DNA of 64,000 nucleotides from an uncultured bacterium (GTDB taxonomy: Bacteria; Krumholzibacteriota; Krumholzibacteriia; JACNKJ01): assembly GCA_963695095.1 (NCBI GenBank), contig CAVOFT010000001.1, forward strand, positions 1,728,001 to 1,792,000. The letters run 5' to 3'. Made by a program: the position numbers and the translations under genes. Position 1 is the stretch's first letter; every line of letters starts with the position of its first letter. Positions 43,681 through 53,943 of the stretch are shown one piece after another. The notes beneath the pieces were generated by a model. That model was given only the letters and a program-made list of their open reading frames with translations, did no database searches and was not told the origin of the DNA.

Positions 43681-45779
43681 TCCTGCTGCGCGCCGCCCGA
43701 GTCGGCCTCGCCCTTCTCCTCCTGTTGCCCGCCGCCGCCGGCGCCGTGCGCACGGAGTACTATCGCTACGCCCGCATGGAGGACTACCAGGACGCCAGCT
43801 TCCGCGAACTCGTCCTGGCCGACGACGGCAGCTGGCGCCTCGGCGCGCGCTGGCAGGAACTGCTGGCCGACGAGGTCGACTACTTCTCCGAACTCGCCGA
43901 CGATGGCAAGACCCTGCTCCTGGTCGGCGGCGGCAATCCGGGCAAGCTGGTGCTCTTCGACAAGGCGGGCGGGCGCCACCGCCAGATCCACAGCGCCCCC
44001 GACGAGCTCTTCGCCTGCGCCGAGAACCTGGGTCCGGGCGAGTGGATGGCGGGCGCCGGTCCCGGCGGCACGGTCCACCGCGTCAACGCGGCGGGGGAAG
44101 TGACGACGGCGATCGCCACGGGCGAGGAGTTCGTCTGGGACCTGCTCAAGGACGGCCAGACGCTCTGGATCGCCACCGGGAGCCGCGGGGCCATCCTCAG
44201 GCACGATCTCAAGAGCGGCGCCACGGAGACCTTCGCCACCCTGCCTGACCAGAGCGTTTTCTGCCTGGCCCTGGACGGCGAGGGCCGCCTCCTCGCCGGC
44301 ACCAGCGGCGCGGGTCTGCTCTATCGCTTCGCGCGGGACGGGAAGCGCGAGCAGCTCGCGGACTTCGATGCCGAGGAAGTGCAGGCGCTCGTCGCCGAAG
44401 CGGATGGCGCCATCGTCGTGGCGGTGGCCCAGGCCGAGCCCGACTGCGAGGAGAACTGCGCGGCCGTCTACCGTCTCCAGCCAGATGGCCTGCTCGAGAA
44501 GTTGCTCGGCTCGGATTCGGCCTTCATCGGCGATCTGCTGCCGAGCCCGGCGGGCGGGCTCTGGGTGGCCGCCGGCGACCCCGGCGAACTGGACCGTCTC
44601 ACGGGCCCCTATCACGGCGAGGTGCTGGGCGTCGAGCCCGAGCGCTATTACAGCGACCTCGCTCTGGACGCCGACGGCGAGACGCTCTGGCTCCTGCAGT
44701 CCAAGCCGGCCCGGCTCCTGCGCATCGGCGGCCGCGCCGAGACGGGTACCTTGACCTCGGAGGTGCTCGACCTGAACAACCGCAGCCGGATGGGCTCGCT
44801 GTGGCTCGAGGCCGAAGTGCCGCGGGGCTGCGGCTTCACGGTGGAGGCCCGCGCCGGCCATGGCGCGGAGCCCGGCGAGGGCTGGACGGACTGGGCCTCC
44901 GGCGCGAGCGAGACGGGTGGGGCGGGTCTGGGCTACCGCTTCGCGCTGCCCACTGCGCGCTACTTCCAGTGGCGCATCCGCTTCGAGGGCGCGGGCGAGC
45001 GGAGCCCGCACCTCCATCGGGTGACGGCCAGCTTCCTGCCCCTGAACCGCGCGCCCCTGGTGGGCAATTTCAATCTGCTGCGGCCGGAGGCGGGGCCCTT
45101 CGAAGACGCCATCGACCTGGGCGGCCGCCCCTTCACGCAGGTGCTCGAGCGCGGCGTCCGCGTGCAGTACCAGCAGAAGAGCGGACCCGACCTTGCGGCG
45201 GATCCGGACCTGGCCGCCTGGCGCGGGCTGCGCGAACTGCACTGGGACTGGCTGGACCCGGACGCGGACCGCCTGCGCGGGCGCATCGACCTGCAGCGCG
45301 AGGGCGAAACGCGCTGGCAGACCCTGGTGGAGGACTGGACGAGCAACACCTACACCTGGGACACGCGCGGCCTGCCCGATGGCCGCTATCGCCTGCGCCT
45401 CGTCGTCGACGACGGCCTGGACAACGGCGCCGGCTTCGCGCGGACCAGCGAAGTGGAGAGCGAGCGCGTGCTCCTGGACAGCGAGCCGCCGGTCTGCGCG
45501 CTGGCGCTGGAGCGCCGGGAGGGGTCACTGCGCCTGCGCGGCAGCGTGGCGGATGCCGCGAGCCTGCTCACGCAGGTGCAGCTGCGCGTGGGGGAGGAGC
45601 CCTGGCGTCGCCTCACCCAGTCCGACGGCCTCATGGACCGCCAGCGCCTGGACCTGGACCTCGATCTCGACCCGGCGCCCGCGGCCGCGCAGCTCGAGCT
45701 GCGCGCCGGCGACGAGTACGGCAACTGGGGCTACTTCCGCAGTGAGCTGCCGGTGCCGCCCGCCCGGTCCGGCCGCTAG
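43677..45779 (+). CDS. Secreted beta-propeller protein with C-terminal Ig/FnIII-like domains
   Basis: GTGA overlap; signal peptide; repeated (V/L)W.L..DG..LW.ATG..G blades; [22 protein letters not shown]. Confidence 0.7.
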   Translation: MILLRAARVGLALLLLLPAAAGAVRTEYYRYARMEDYQDASFRELVLADDGSWRLGARWQELLADEVDYFSELADDGKTLLLVGGGNPGKLVLFDKAGGRHRQIHSAPDELFACAENLGPGEWMAGAGPGGTVHRVNAAGEVTTAIATGEEFVWDLLKDGQTLWIATGSRGAILRHDLKSGATETFATLPDQSVFCLALDGEGRLLAGTSGAGLLYRFARDGKREQLADFDAEEVQALVAEADGAIVVAVAQAEPDCEENCAAVYRLQPDGLLEKLLGSDSAFIGDLLPSPAGGLWVAAGDPGELDRLTGPYHGEVLGVEPERYYSDLALDADGETLWLLQSKPARLLRIGGRAETGTLTSEVLDLNNRSRMGSLWLEAEVPRGCGFTVEARAGHGAEPGEGWTDWASGASETGGAGLGYRFALPTARYFQWRIRFEGAGERSPHLHRVTASFLPLNRAPLVGNFNLLRPEAGPFEDAIDLGGRPFTQVLERGVRVQYQQKSGPDLAADPDLAAWRGLRELHWDWLDPDADRLRGRIDLQREGETRWQTLVEDWTSNTYTWDTRGLPDGRYRLRLVVDDGLDNGAGFARTSEVESERVLLDSEPPVCALALERREGSLRLRGSVADAASLLTQVQLRVGEEPWRRLTQSDGLMDRQRLDLDLDLDPAPAAAQLELRAGDEYGNWGYFRSELPVPPARSGR

Positions 45780-45781
45780 CG

Positions 45782-46876
45782 ATGGCGGGGCCTGCCGCCG
45801 GCTTCCGGCGCCTGCTTCTGCTCGCCGACGGCGCCCTGGCCAGGCCGAATGCGAAGACGGCCTTCGCCGTGCTGCGCTTCCAGCCGGAGCGAGCCGTGGC
45901 GCTGCTGGACCGCGAGACCGCCGGCTGCTCGGCCCAGGAGGTGCTGGGCTACGGGGGCGCGCTGCCCATCCTGGCCAGCGTCGCCGAGGCCCTGCCGCTG
46001 GCGCCCGACGGTCTGCTCGTCGGCGTCGCCCCGGCGGGCGGCGGCCTGCCCCCGGCCTACGTCCCCTTCTGCGTCGATGCCCTGGCCGCGGGTCTGGATC
46101 TCGCCAGCGGCCTGCATCGCTTTCTCGGTGAGGATCCCGAGTGGGCGTCGCGCGCGGCGAGCGGTGGCGCCCGCATCTGGGACCTGCGCCGACCGCCCGC
46201 AGCGCTGCGCGTGGCCACCGCGCCGCGGCCGCGGCGAGCGCGCGTGCTGCTCAGCGTGGGCAGCGACTGCAAGGTGGGCAAGATGACGGCCACCCTCCTC
46301 CTCGCCCGCGAGCTCGCAGCGCGCGGCCGGCGCGCGCGGGTGCTGGCCACGGGGCAGACCGGGCTCTTCCTCACCGGCGAGGGCATCTGCGTGGACGCCC
46401 TGCCGGCCGACTTCGTGGCCGGCGCCGTGCAGGCGGGTCTGGACGCCCTGGAGGGCGAGGCCGCGCCCGGTGCTACGCCGCCCGAGTGGCTGCTCGTCGA
46501 GGGCCAGGGTTCGCTCGCTCACCCCGCCTTCTCCGGCGTGAGCCTGGGCCTCCTCCACGGCAGCGCACCCGATGCGCTGCTGCTCTGCCATGAGGCCGGC
46601 CGGCGCCTCACCTCGCACATGGCGGACTGGCCGCTGCCGCCCCTGGCCGAAGTGCGCCGGCAGGTGGAAACCGCCGCGGCCTGGCTGAAGCCCGCTTCCG
46701 TCATCGCCGTGGCGCTGAACACGGCGGCCCTCGCCGAGAGCGCGGCGCGCGCCGCCTGCACGGAGCTCGCCGCCGAGCTCGGGCTCGCCGTCACCGATCC
46801 CCTGCGCTTCGGCGCGGCGGCCCTGGCCGACGCCCTGAGCGCCTTCCCGGGGAAGCAGAAGGAGGCTCCGGCATGA
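45782..46876 (+). CDS. DUF1611 family protein (DgcN-like D-glutamate N-acetyltransferase)
   Basis: [61 protein letters not shown]. Confidence 0.85.
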   Translation: MAGPAAGFRRLLLLADGALARPNAKTAFAVLRFQPERAVALLDRETAGCSAQEVLGYGGALPILASVAEALPLAPDGLLVGVAPAGGGLPPAYVPFCVDALAAGLDLASGLHRFLGEDPEWASRAASGGARIWDLRRPPAALRVATAPRPRRARVLLSVGSDCKVGKMTATLLLARELAARGRRARVLATGQTGLFLTGEGICVDALPADFVAGAVQAGLDALEGEAAPGATPPEWLLVEGQGSLAHPAFSGVSLGLLHGSAPDALLLCHEAGRRLTSHMADWPLPPLAEVRRQVETAAAWLKPASVIAVALNTAALAESAARAACTELAAELGLAVTDPLRFGAAALADALSAFPGKQKEAPA

Positions 46877-47931
46877 AGCCGCGGCTCACGATCGAGACCC
46901 TGCGCCTGACGACGCGCTATCCCTTTGTCATCGCGCGGGGCGGGGCGCAGCAGTTCGAGAATCTCGTCCTCGCGATCGAGGCCGACGGCCTCGTGGGCGA
47001 GGGCGAGGGCAGTCCCACGCACTACTATGGCGAGACGCCGGCAATCAGCCGCGCGGCGCTGGAGTTCCTGCTCGCGGAGCTGGCGGAGCCGCTGGCGGCG
47101 GCGCTCGCCACGCTGTCGCCGGAGGCCATCGCGGCCCTCATGGCCGCCGCCGATCGCCGGCTGGCCGGCAATCCGGCCGCCAAGGCCGCCCTGGACGGCG
47201 CGCTCTGGGACCTCCACGGCAAGCAGCAGGGCGCGCCCGTCTGGCGGCTGCTCGGATTCACGGAGCCCGCGCGCCTGGCCAGCTCCTTCACCATCGCCCT
47301 GGCTGAGCCCGAACTGATGCTCGCGCGGGCCGAGGAGGCGGTGGCGGCCGGCTACGGCATCCTCAAGCTCAAGGCCGGCAGCGAGCGGGACATCGAGCTG
47401 GTGGAGGCCGTCGCCGCGGCCACGGGTGCGCGCCTGCGCGTGGACGCGAACGGGAGCTGGCGCGCCGCCGATGCCCTCGCCAAGCTCGAGCGCCTGGCCA
47501 TGGCCGGCGTCGAGTTCGTCGAGCAGCCGCTGGAGCTGGACGACCTCGCCGGCTACCGCGCCCTCGTCAGTCGCGCGCCGCTGCCCATCGTGCTCGACGA
47601 GAGCGTCCACGATGCGCTGGGCCTGGAGGTCTTCGGCGAGCTGGCCGACGGCATCAACCTGAAGATCTCCAAGCTGGGCGGGATCACGCGTTCGCTCGCC
47701 CTCGCCCGCAGCGCGCGGGTCTTGAACCTCGACCTGATGATGGGCTGCATGATCGAAAGCAGTCTGGGCATTGCCCAGGCGCTGCAGCTCGCGCCTTTGC
47801 TGCGCTGGGCGGACCTGGACGGCGCGCTGCTGCTCGCCGCCGACCCCTACGCGGGCTTGACCGAGGCGGCGGGGGTCTTCACCCTGGGCGAGGAACCGGG
47901 TCTGGGCGTTCATCGGAGGGAGGCTCGCTGA
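46873..47931 (+). CDS. Dipeptide epimerase (L-Ala-D/L-Glu epimerase or DgcA-like), enolase superfamily
   Basis: [41 protein letters not shown]. Confidence 0.88.
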   Translation: MKPRLTIETLRLTTRYPFVIARGGAQQFENLVLAIEADGLVGEGEGSPTHYYGETPAISRAALEFLLAELAEPLAAALATLSPEAIAALMAAADRRLAGNPAAKAALDGALWDLHGKQQGAPVWRLLGFTEPARLASSFTIALAEPELMLARAEEAVAAGYGILKLKAGSERDIELVEAVAAATGARLRVDANGSWRAADALAKLERLAMAGVEFVEQPLELDDLAGYRALVSRAPLPIVLDESVHDALGLEVFGELADGINLKISKLGGITRSLALARSARVLNLDLMMGCMIESSLGIAQALQLAPLLRWADLDGALLLAADPYAGLTEAAGVFTLGEEPGLGVHRREAR

Positions 47932-48446
47932 TGCGACTCAAGCAGGTGGCCGTGATCGGAGACGCGGAGGCTTCCGAAGCCGCCCTCGTCTTCGCCGAAG
48001 CGCTGGGCCGCGCCATCGGACGCCACGGCTGGGCGCTCGTCTCGGGCGGCCGGGACGGCGTGATGGGCGCGGCCAGCCGCGGCTGCCGCGCGGCGGGGGG
48101 CATCGTCGTCGGTATCCTGCCCAGCGCCGACGACAGCGCCGGCAACGAGCACTGCCAGGTGCTCCTGCCCACGGGCATGGGCTGGACGCGCAACAGTCTC
48201 ACCGCCCTGGCGGGGGACGTCGTCGTCGCCATCGGCGGCCGCGCCGGCACGCTCACCGAGATCGCCTATGCCTGGAGCTACGGCAAGCCCATCCTGGCCG
48301 CGACCGGCCTGGGCGGCTGGAGCGAGCGCCTGGCCGGCGAGGCCATCGACGACCGCCGACCCGACCGCCTGCAACCGGTGGCCACGGCGGCGGCGGCCGA
48401 GGCGGCCCTGCTGGCCCTGCTCGGCGAGGGCGAGGCCCGCGCGTGA
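47931..48446 (+). CDS. LOG/SLOG family nucleotide-binding protein (TIGR00725-like)
   Basis: GGRDGVMGAASRG, VGILP, TGMG..RN, GGRAGTLTEI. Confidence 0.85.
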   Translation: MRLKQVAVIGDAEASEAALVFAEALGRAIGRHGWALVSGGRDGVMGAASRGCRAAGGIVVGILPSADDSAGNEHCQVLLPTGMGWTRNSLTALAGDVVVAIGGRAGTLTEIAYAWSYGKPILAATGLGGWSERLAGEAIDDRRPDRLQPVATAAAAEAALLALLGEGEARA

Positions 48447-49708
48447 GGCCGCTGCCGCGCATCCGCGAATCCGGACTCCGCGAGCTGCCCAGGCGCCTCG
48501 TCTGGCTTGGCCTGGCCCTGGCGCTGGCCGAACGCCTGCTGGCCTGGCTCCTGCTCGGCGCCGGCCTGCCCACGCACGGCTTCGAATCCGGGGTGATCGC
48601 GGACAACCTGCTCGCCGGGCGCGGCTACACGATGCCCTTCTACTACTGCGACGTGCCGATCCGCTCCTTCATCCCGCCGCTCTATCCGCTGCTGATGGCG
48701 GCCGCCAAGGCGCTCAGCCCGCACTGGGTGCTCCTGCTCCAGGGCCTGCAAATCGCAGCCTCCCTGCTCAACGCCCTGCTCGCCGGCGAGATCGCGGGCC
48801 GCTGGTTCGGTCGCCGCGCGATGATCGGCAGCTTCTTCCTCGTCGCGCTCTACCCGGTCTTCGCGGTCTACTCGCTGGCCATCTTCTCGACCACGCTGAT
48901 CATGACCTGGGTGCTCGTCCTGGTGAACCTGATGGATCGCGTCGAGGCCCCGCATCCCCTGCGCATGGGCGGCCTGACCGGACTCTTCCACGGCCTGGCC
49001 ATTCTCACCTCGCCGCCGCTGGGCCTGCTCGGCCTGCTCTTCCTGTTCCGGCTCTGGCGCTTCCGGCACCCGGGGCGGCTGCGGCGCACCCTGGCCTACC
49101 TGGCGGTGCTCGCCGCCGTCTGGAGCCCCTGGGTCCTGCGCAATGCGCGCGTCCATGGCACGCTCCTGCTGACCAGCACGAACGGCGGCTTCAACTTCCT
49201 GGTCGGCAACAACCCGCATGCGGGCGGCTACACCTGGGGCGAGTTCACCCTGGAGGACAGGTTCTGGCAGGTGGTGGAGCGCGAGCGCGTGGACACGCTG
49301 CCCGAGCCGGCCCTCGAGCGCTGGTTCTACCGCCGCGCCCTGGGCTACATCGCCGCCGATCCCTGGCACTACCTGGGCTTCTTCCTGCAGAAGGTCTACT
49401 ACTTCTGGTGGTGCCGCGACGTCACGCGCTTCGGCTATCCGACGCCCTGGAGCGTCGCCTACCAGTCGCTCTACGCCTTCCTGTTGCCATTCGTTCTGCT
49501 GGGCCTGCTGCTCTGGGCCCGCCGCTGGCGCCGGCTCTTTCCGGCCTACTTCCTGTTCGCCCAGTACAGTCTGCTCTACGGGCTCTACTTCGTGCGCAGC
49601 CGCTTCCGGTGGGAGATCGAGCCCCTGCTCCTGGTGTTCGCCGTGGCCGGCTGGCTGGAGATCCTGCGCCGCTTGCGCGGCGGCGCCCGCGCAGAGGAGG
49701 AGTGGTGA
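48443..49708 (+). CDS. GT-C fold membrane glycosyltransferase (ArnT/PMT-like)
   Basis: Multi-TM; IADNLLAGRGY, PPLYP, PWVLRN, STNGGFNF..GNNP, RFR..IEP. Confidence 0.75.
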   Translation: MRPLPRIRESGLRELPRRLVWLGLALALAERLLAWLLLGAGLPTHGFESGVIADNLLAGRGYTMPFYYCDVPIRSFIPPLYPLLMAAAKALSPHWVLLLQGLQIAASLLNALLAGEIAGRWFGRRAMIGSFFLVALYPVFAVYSLAIFSTTLIMTWVLVLVNLMDRVEAPHPLRMGGLTGLFHGLAILTSPPLGLLGLLFLFRLWRFRHPGRLRRTLAYLAVLAAVWSPWVLRNARVHGTLLLTSTNGGFNFLVGNNPHAGGYTWGEFTLEDRFWQVVERERVDTLPEPALERWFYRRALGYIAADPWHYLGFFLQKVYYFWWCRDVTRFGYPTPWSVAYQSLYAFLLPFVLLGLLLWARRWRRLFPAYFLFAQYSLLYGLYFVRSRFRWEIEPLLLVFAVAGWLEILRRLRGGARAEEEW

Positions 49709-50133
49709 TCCATCCCATGCTCTGGGCCGCGCTCGCGAGCGGGCTGGCGGCCCAGCTCTACAAGGTGCTCGTCGAGAGTCTGCGCGAGCGGCGCCTGAAG
49801 CTCTACCGCTTCTTCGAAACCGGCGGCATGCCCAGCAGCCACACGGCCGTGGTGACCAGCCTCGCCGTCGGCGCCTGGCGGGTCAACGGCTTCGACTCGC
49901 CCTTGTTCGCGATCACGGCCGTCTTCAGCCTCTACTTCATCCTGGAGGCCACCGGTCTGCGCCAGGAGGTGGGCAAGCAGGCGCGGGTGCTCAACGAGAT
50001 CCTCGACGAGCTGATCGACACCCGCCATTTCGCCCGCGAGCGCACCCGCGAGCTGCTCGGCCACACCTGGAGCGAGGTGGGCTGGGGCTTCTTGCTCGGC
50101 CTGGTGGTGACCGTGCTGCTGGTCCGACCCTGA
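49705..50133 (+). CDS. Divergent PAP2 family protein (DUF212)
   Basis: AQLYK, TGGMPSSHTA, GLRQEVGKQARVLN, ELLGHT..EV. Confidence 0.9.
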   Translation: MIHPMLWAALASGLAAQLYKVLVESLRERRLKLYRFFETGGMPSSHTAVVTSLAVGAWRVNGFDSPLFAITAVFSLYFILEATGLRQEVGKQARVLNEILDELIDTRHFARERTRELLGHTWSEVGWGFLLGLVVTVLLVRP

Positions 50134-50161
50134 ACGCCGCCGATTCCCGAGCAGGAAATCC

Positions 50162-50190
50162 TTGACGGTTTTCGGACCTCGCCGCACCAT
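50162..50190 (+). promoter_or_regulatory. Putative sigma70 promoter of the ParA-CBM48 cluster
   Basis: TTGACG, 17 bp, CACCAT; a strong AGGAGGT RBS precedes ATG 50268. Confidence 0.45.
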
Positions 50191-50267
50191 CCGCAAGCGG
50201 AGACCCCGACAGCCCTGCGCGCCATCCGAGCGGGTCCTCCGGGCGCCCGGACTCAGGAGGTAATCGG

Positions 50268-51350
50268 ATGAAGGTACTGGCCGTCGTCAATCAGAAGGGG
50301 GGCTGCGGCAAGACCACCCTGGCGATCCACCTTGCCGCCGCCTGGGCCAAGGAGGGCTTCCGGGTCCTGCTCGTGGACCTCGATCCCCAGGGTCATGCCT
50401 CGCTCGGCCTCGGCGTCGAAGTCGAGAACTGCGCTCGCGGCTCCTACGATCTGCTCAGCGATCCCGCGGCGACGCTGGCCGAGATGGCCGTGCCGGTCCA
50501 GGCCCATCTCGACCTGGTGCCCGGCGGCATCATCCTCTCGGCCGCCGAGCAGGAGCTGGCCCGCCAGCCCGGACGGGAGAGCCGTCTGCGCAGCGCACTC
50601 CTGCGCCACGGGGGCGCCTACGACTGGGTCGTGGTGGATACGGCGCCTGCGGTGGGGCTGCTGACCTTCAATGCCCTGGTGGCGGCCGATGCCCTGCTCG
50701 TGCCCGTCGACAGCAGCACCTTCACCCTGCACGGCCTGCAGAAGATTCTCGAGACCCTGGAAGTGCTCGAAGAGGAAACGCGCCGCCGGCCGGCCTGCTT
50801 CGTGGCGGCCAACCAGTTCGACCCGCGCACGCTCTTCAGCCGCGAGCTCTATGCCGAGCTGGCGGCCAACAGCCGGATCCGTCTGCTCGAAACGCGCGTG
50901 CGCAGCAGCGTCCGCGTCAAGATGGCCGCCGCCGGCGGCGTGCCCGTCATGGACCTGGCGCAGCCGGGGCCCGTCCGCCTGGACTTCGAGAACCTGGCCG
51001 AGGAGCTGTGGAACCATCTCACCGAGCTCAGCCTGGAGCGGGACCGCGAACTGGAGTCCCTGCTCTTCGGCCCCCAGCTCTGCGAGGAGGGCATCCGCTT
51101 CCGCCTGCGCGCCCCCGAGGCGCGCGAGGTCTATCTCACCGGCAGCTTCAACCACTGGAATCCCGGCGGCATCCCGCTCGCGCCGCGACCCGGGGCCAGC
51201 GGCGCCTGGGAGGTCGTGCTGCCCCTGACGCCGGGCAACTACGAGTACCGCTACATCGTCGACGGCCGGTGGGTGACCGATCCCAGCCATCAGCAGACCC
51301 GCCTCAACGACCTGGGCGTGGAGAACTCGCTGCTCGTCGTCGGCGGCTAG
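50268..51350 (+). CDS. ParA/Soj-family ATPase fused to a C-terminal AMPK-beta-like glycogen-binding CBM48 domain
   Basis: NQKGGCGKTT, DLDPQGHAS, VDTAP; C-terminus VYLTGSFNHW...GNYEYRYIVDGRWVTDP...NDLGVENS. Confidence 0.9.
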   Translation: MKVLAVVNQKGGCGKTTLAIHLAAAWAKEGFRVLLVDLDPQGHASLGLGVEVENCARGSYDLLSDPAATLAEMAVPVQAHLDLVPGGIILSAAEQELARQPGRESRLRSALLRHGGAYDWVVVDTAPAVGLLTFNALVAADALLVPVDSSTFTLHGLQKILETLEVLEEETRRRPACFVAANQFDPRTLFSRELYAELAANSRIRLLETRVRSSVRVKMAAAGGVPVMDLAQPGPVRLDFENLAEELWNHLTELSLERDRELESLLFGPQLCEEGIRFRLRAPEAREVYLTGSFNHWNPGGIPLAPRPGASGAWEVVLPLTPGNYEYRYIVDGRWVTDPSHQQTRLNDLGVENSLLVVGG

Positions 51351-51366
51351 CGCGAAGGGGCGCCGC

Positions 51367-52069
51367 ATGAGGCCGGCGAGCGGAGAGCGACGCCAGAGCA
51401 ATCACATCCGCAGCATTTCCTGGCTCTTCCTGAGCGAGGGCAAGCGGCGCGCCGGCCCTGCCCCTGGCACCGCCCACTGCCTGCTGCCGCCTCGCGGGAG
51501 CGCCCGGCTCGCCCTGGTTGCTCGCCCTGGCCGTGAATCTGGGCCTCGCCGCTCGCCAGCGGGGCGAGAGCGCCTGCCTCGAGTTGCCGGCCGCCAGCCT
51601 CCCGGTGGCGGCCCGTCTTCTCGGCGCGGCGCCGGAGGCCCTCGGCCTCGACTGGCGCAGCGGCGCCGCGGCGCCCGCCTGGCTGGAGCCGCTGCCGGCG
51701 CTCTATCTCGCCTCCGCGCTGCCTACGCTGCCGCTGGGCCTGCCCGCCTGCCGCTGGCGCTTCCAGCTCGGCGAGGGGCCGCTGCCGGGGGCAAGTCCCG
51801 TCCTCGCCCTGCTGGAAGGTCCCGAAGCGCTGCTGCCGGCGGCGGCGGGCGCGCCGCTCTTCCTGCTTGGCCTGGAGTGCCTGCCGGTGCCCCGCCCCGG
51901 GGTGACGGGGATCTGGGGGCCGCTGGCTCGGCACCAGCTCCTCGATCCGCGCCGCGAAGGCACGCCTGCCCTCCGCGCGGGGGACGCAGCGGTCGCCCGC
52001 CGCTATGGCGGCTTCCTGGAAGCGCTCCGTTCCATGCCGGCGCCCAGTCGGCAGGAGCAGCCCGCATGA
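51367..52069 (+). CDS. Hypothetical protein, possibly a degenerate MinD/ParA-like partner; apparent frameshift at ~51515
   Basis: ATG 51367 frame gives MRPAS...HIRSISWLFLS; continues in the 51518 frame with LALAVNLGLAARQRG, resembling the helix after Walker A in ParA/MinD, but with no Walker A. Confidence 0.5.
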
Positions 52070-52389
52070 GCCCCGCCGCGCCCAGCCCTGCGCAGCTCCC
52101 GGCGATGGAGCCCGTGGTGGCCGTGCTCCTGCGGCGCTTCGAGCTGCAGCTCACCCAGCTCGACGCGCGCATCCGCCTCGAGGAGAGCCCCCTGCGCCGG
52201 GTCTATCGCCTCGACGATCAGGTGCTCGCCGTGCTGCATCTGCATCGGGACCTCTTCCGCCTGGAGACGGGCGGCGTACCGAGCTGGGAGGCCCGGATCC
52301 GCAGCCCGGAAGAGGCCCTGGCCGGCCTCGCCCGCGTGCTGGACCACTACTGGCGGCTCCTGGCGAGCGGCGCGCGGCGCGAAGCCTGA
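52066..52389 (+). CDS. Small hypothetical protein (107 aa)
   Basis: AGGAG RBS and ATGA overlap; compact alpha/beta pattern (LTQLDARIRLEESPLRRVY...). Confidence 0.6.
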   Translation: MSPAAPSPAQLPAMEPVVAVLLRRFELQLTQLDARIRLEESPLRRVYRLDDQVLAVLHLHRDLFRLETGGVPSWEARIRSPEEALAGLARVLDHYWRLLASGARREA

Positions 52390-52497
52390 GCCGCGCCGCG
52401 GCCGTCCCGATGCCCCTGGACTTGCCCCTGAGCTTGCGGCATCATGGCGGCCGGATTTGTCGCCACGGCCGCCAGGCCGCCAACCCCGGAGAGAGCC

Positions 52498-53943
52498 ATG
52501 AAGGACAAGGTGCTCGCGGCCATCGAGACGGCGCGCCTGCGCGGCGCCGACTACGCCGATGCCCGCTGGGTCGAGACCCGCACGGAAGAGCTGATGGTGA
52601 AGAACGGCGCCCTCGCTCTGGCCGAGCTGCGCGGCACGCAGGGGGTCGGCATCCGCGTGCTCAAGGGCGGCGCCTGGGGTTTCGCCGCCACGGATCGCCT
52701 GGAAGGCGACAGCCTCCCCGCGGCCGCTGCGCGCGCCGTTGCCCTGGCCGAAGCCAGCGCGCGGGTGATGGCCGAGCCCGTGCGCCTGGCCGCCGAGCCG
52801 GCGGTCAAGGCCAGCTGGGCGACGCCGCGCGCCATCGATCCCTTCGCGGTCGCCCGCGAGGAGAAGCTCGATCTGCTCAGCCGCGTCGAGCGGGAGCTGC
52901 ATGTCGACGAGCGGGTGAAGGTGGGCCAGGCCCAGATGCTCTTCGACCAGCAGAAGATCCTCTTCGTCTCCAGCGAGGGCGCCGAACTCGAGCAGGACCT
53001 GCTCACCAGCGGCGGCGGCCTGGTCGCCATCGCGGCGGACGGCAACACCATCGAGCGCCGCAGCTGGCCCAACTCGGCCGGCGGCATGCACCTGGGCGCG
53101 GGCTACGAGGTGATCGCCGAGTATGCGCTCGCGGACAACGCCCGCCGGGCGGCGGAAGAGGCCGTGGCCCTGCTCGGCGCCGATCCCTGCCCGGTGGGGG
53201 AGCGGGACATCCTGCTCGACTGGTCGCAGCTCGCCCTGCAGATCCACGAGTCCTGCGGGCACGCCAGCGAGCTGGACCGCGTGCTCGGCATGGAGGCCAA
53301 CTTCGCCGGCCGCAGCTTCCTGACGCCCGAGAAGCTGGGCGTGTTCACCTACGGCTCGCCGCAGGTGAACCTGGTCGCCGACAATACCCTGCCCCGGGGC
53401 CTGGCCACGCGCGGCTGGGACGATGAGGGCGTGGCGGCGCAGAAGTGGCATGTCGTCGAGAACGGGCGCTTCGCCGCCTATCTCACCAGCCGCGAGCTGG
53501 CCGCGGTGGAGAAGAACCCGCGCAGTCGCGGCTGCAATCGGGCCGAGGGCTGGAATCGCATTCCCATCATCCGCATTCCGAACCTCGGCCTGGCACCGGG
53601 CAGCTGGGAGCTGGACGATCTCATCGCCGACAGCGAAGACGGCATCTGGATGGAGACGAACCGCAGCTGGAGCATCGACCAGATGCGGCTGAATTTCCAG
53701 TTCTCCACCGAGATCGGCTGGGAGATCAAGAAGGGCAAGAAGGCGCGCATGCTGCGCGGCTGCACCTACCAGGGGCGCACGCCGGACTTCTGGGCCGCCT
53801 GCGATGCCGTCTGCAGCGAGAAGTGGTGGCGGCCCTATGGCGTCCTCAACTGCGGCAAGGGAGAGCCAGGGCAGATCGCCCGCATGACGCACGGCTCGGC
53901 CCCGGCCCGCTTCCGCAAGATCCGCGTGGGGGTGAGCGAATGA
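52498..53943 (+). CDS. tldD: TldD metalloprotease subunit
   Basis: YADAR, GIRVL..GAWGFA, HESCGH (HExxxH), ELDRV, DDEGV, NFQF, NCGKGEP. Confidence 0.92.
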   Translation: MKDKVLAAIETARLRGADYADARWVETRTEELMVKNGALALAELRGTQGVGIRVLKGGAWGFAATDRLEGDSLPAAAARAVALAEASARVMAEPVRLAAEPAVKASWATPRAIDPFAVAREEKLDLLSRVERELHVDERVKVGQAQMLFDQQKILFVSSEGAELEQDLLTSGGGLVAIAADGNTIERRSWPNSAGGMHLGAGYEVIAEYALADNARRAAEEAVALLGADPCPVGERDILLDWSQLALQIHESCGHASELDRVLGMEANFAGRSFLTPEKLGVFTYGSPQVNLVADNTLPRGLATRGWDDEGVAAQKWHVVENGRFAAYLTSRELAAVEKNPRSRGCNRAEGWNRIPIIRIPNLGLAPGSWELDDLIADSEDGIWMETNRSWSIDQMRLNFQFSTEIGWEIKKGKKARMLRGCTYQGRTPDFWAACDAVCSEKWWRPYGVLNCGKGEPGQIARMTHGSAPARFRKIRVGVSE

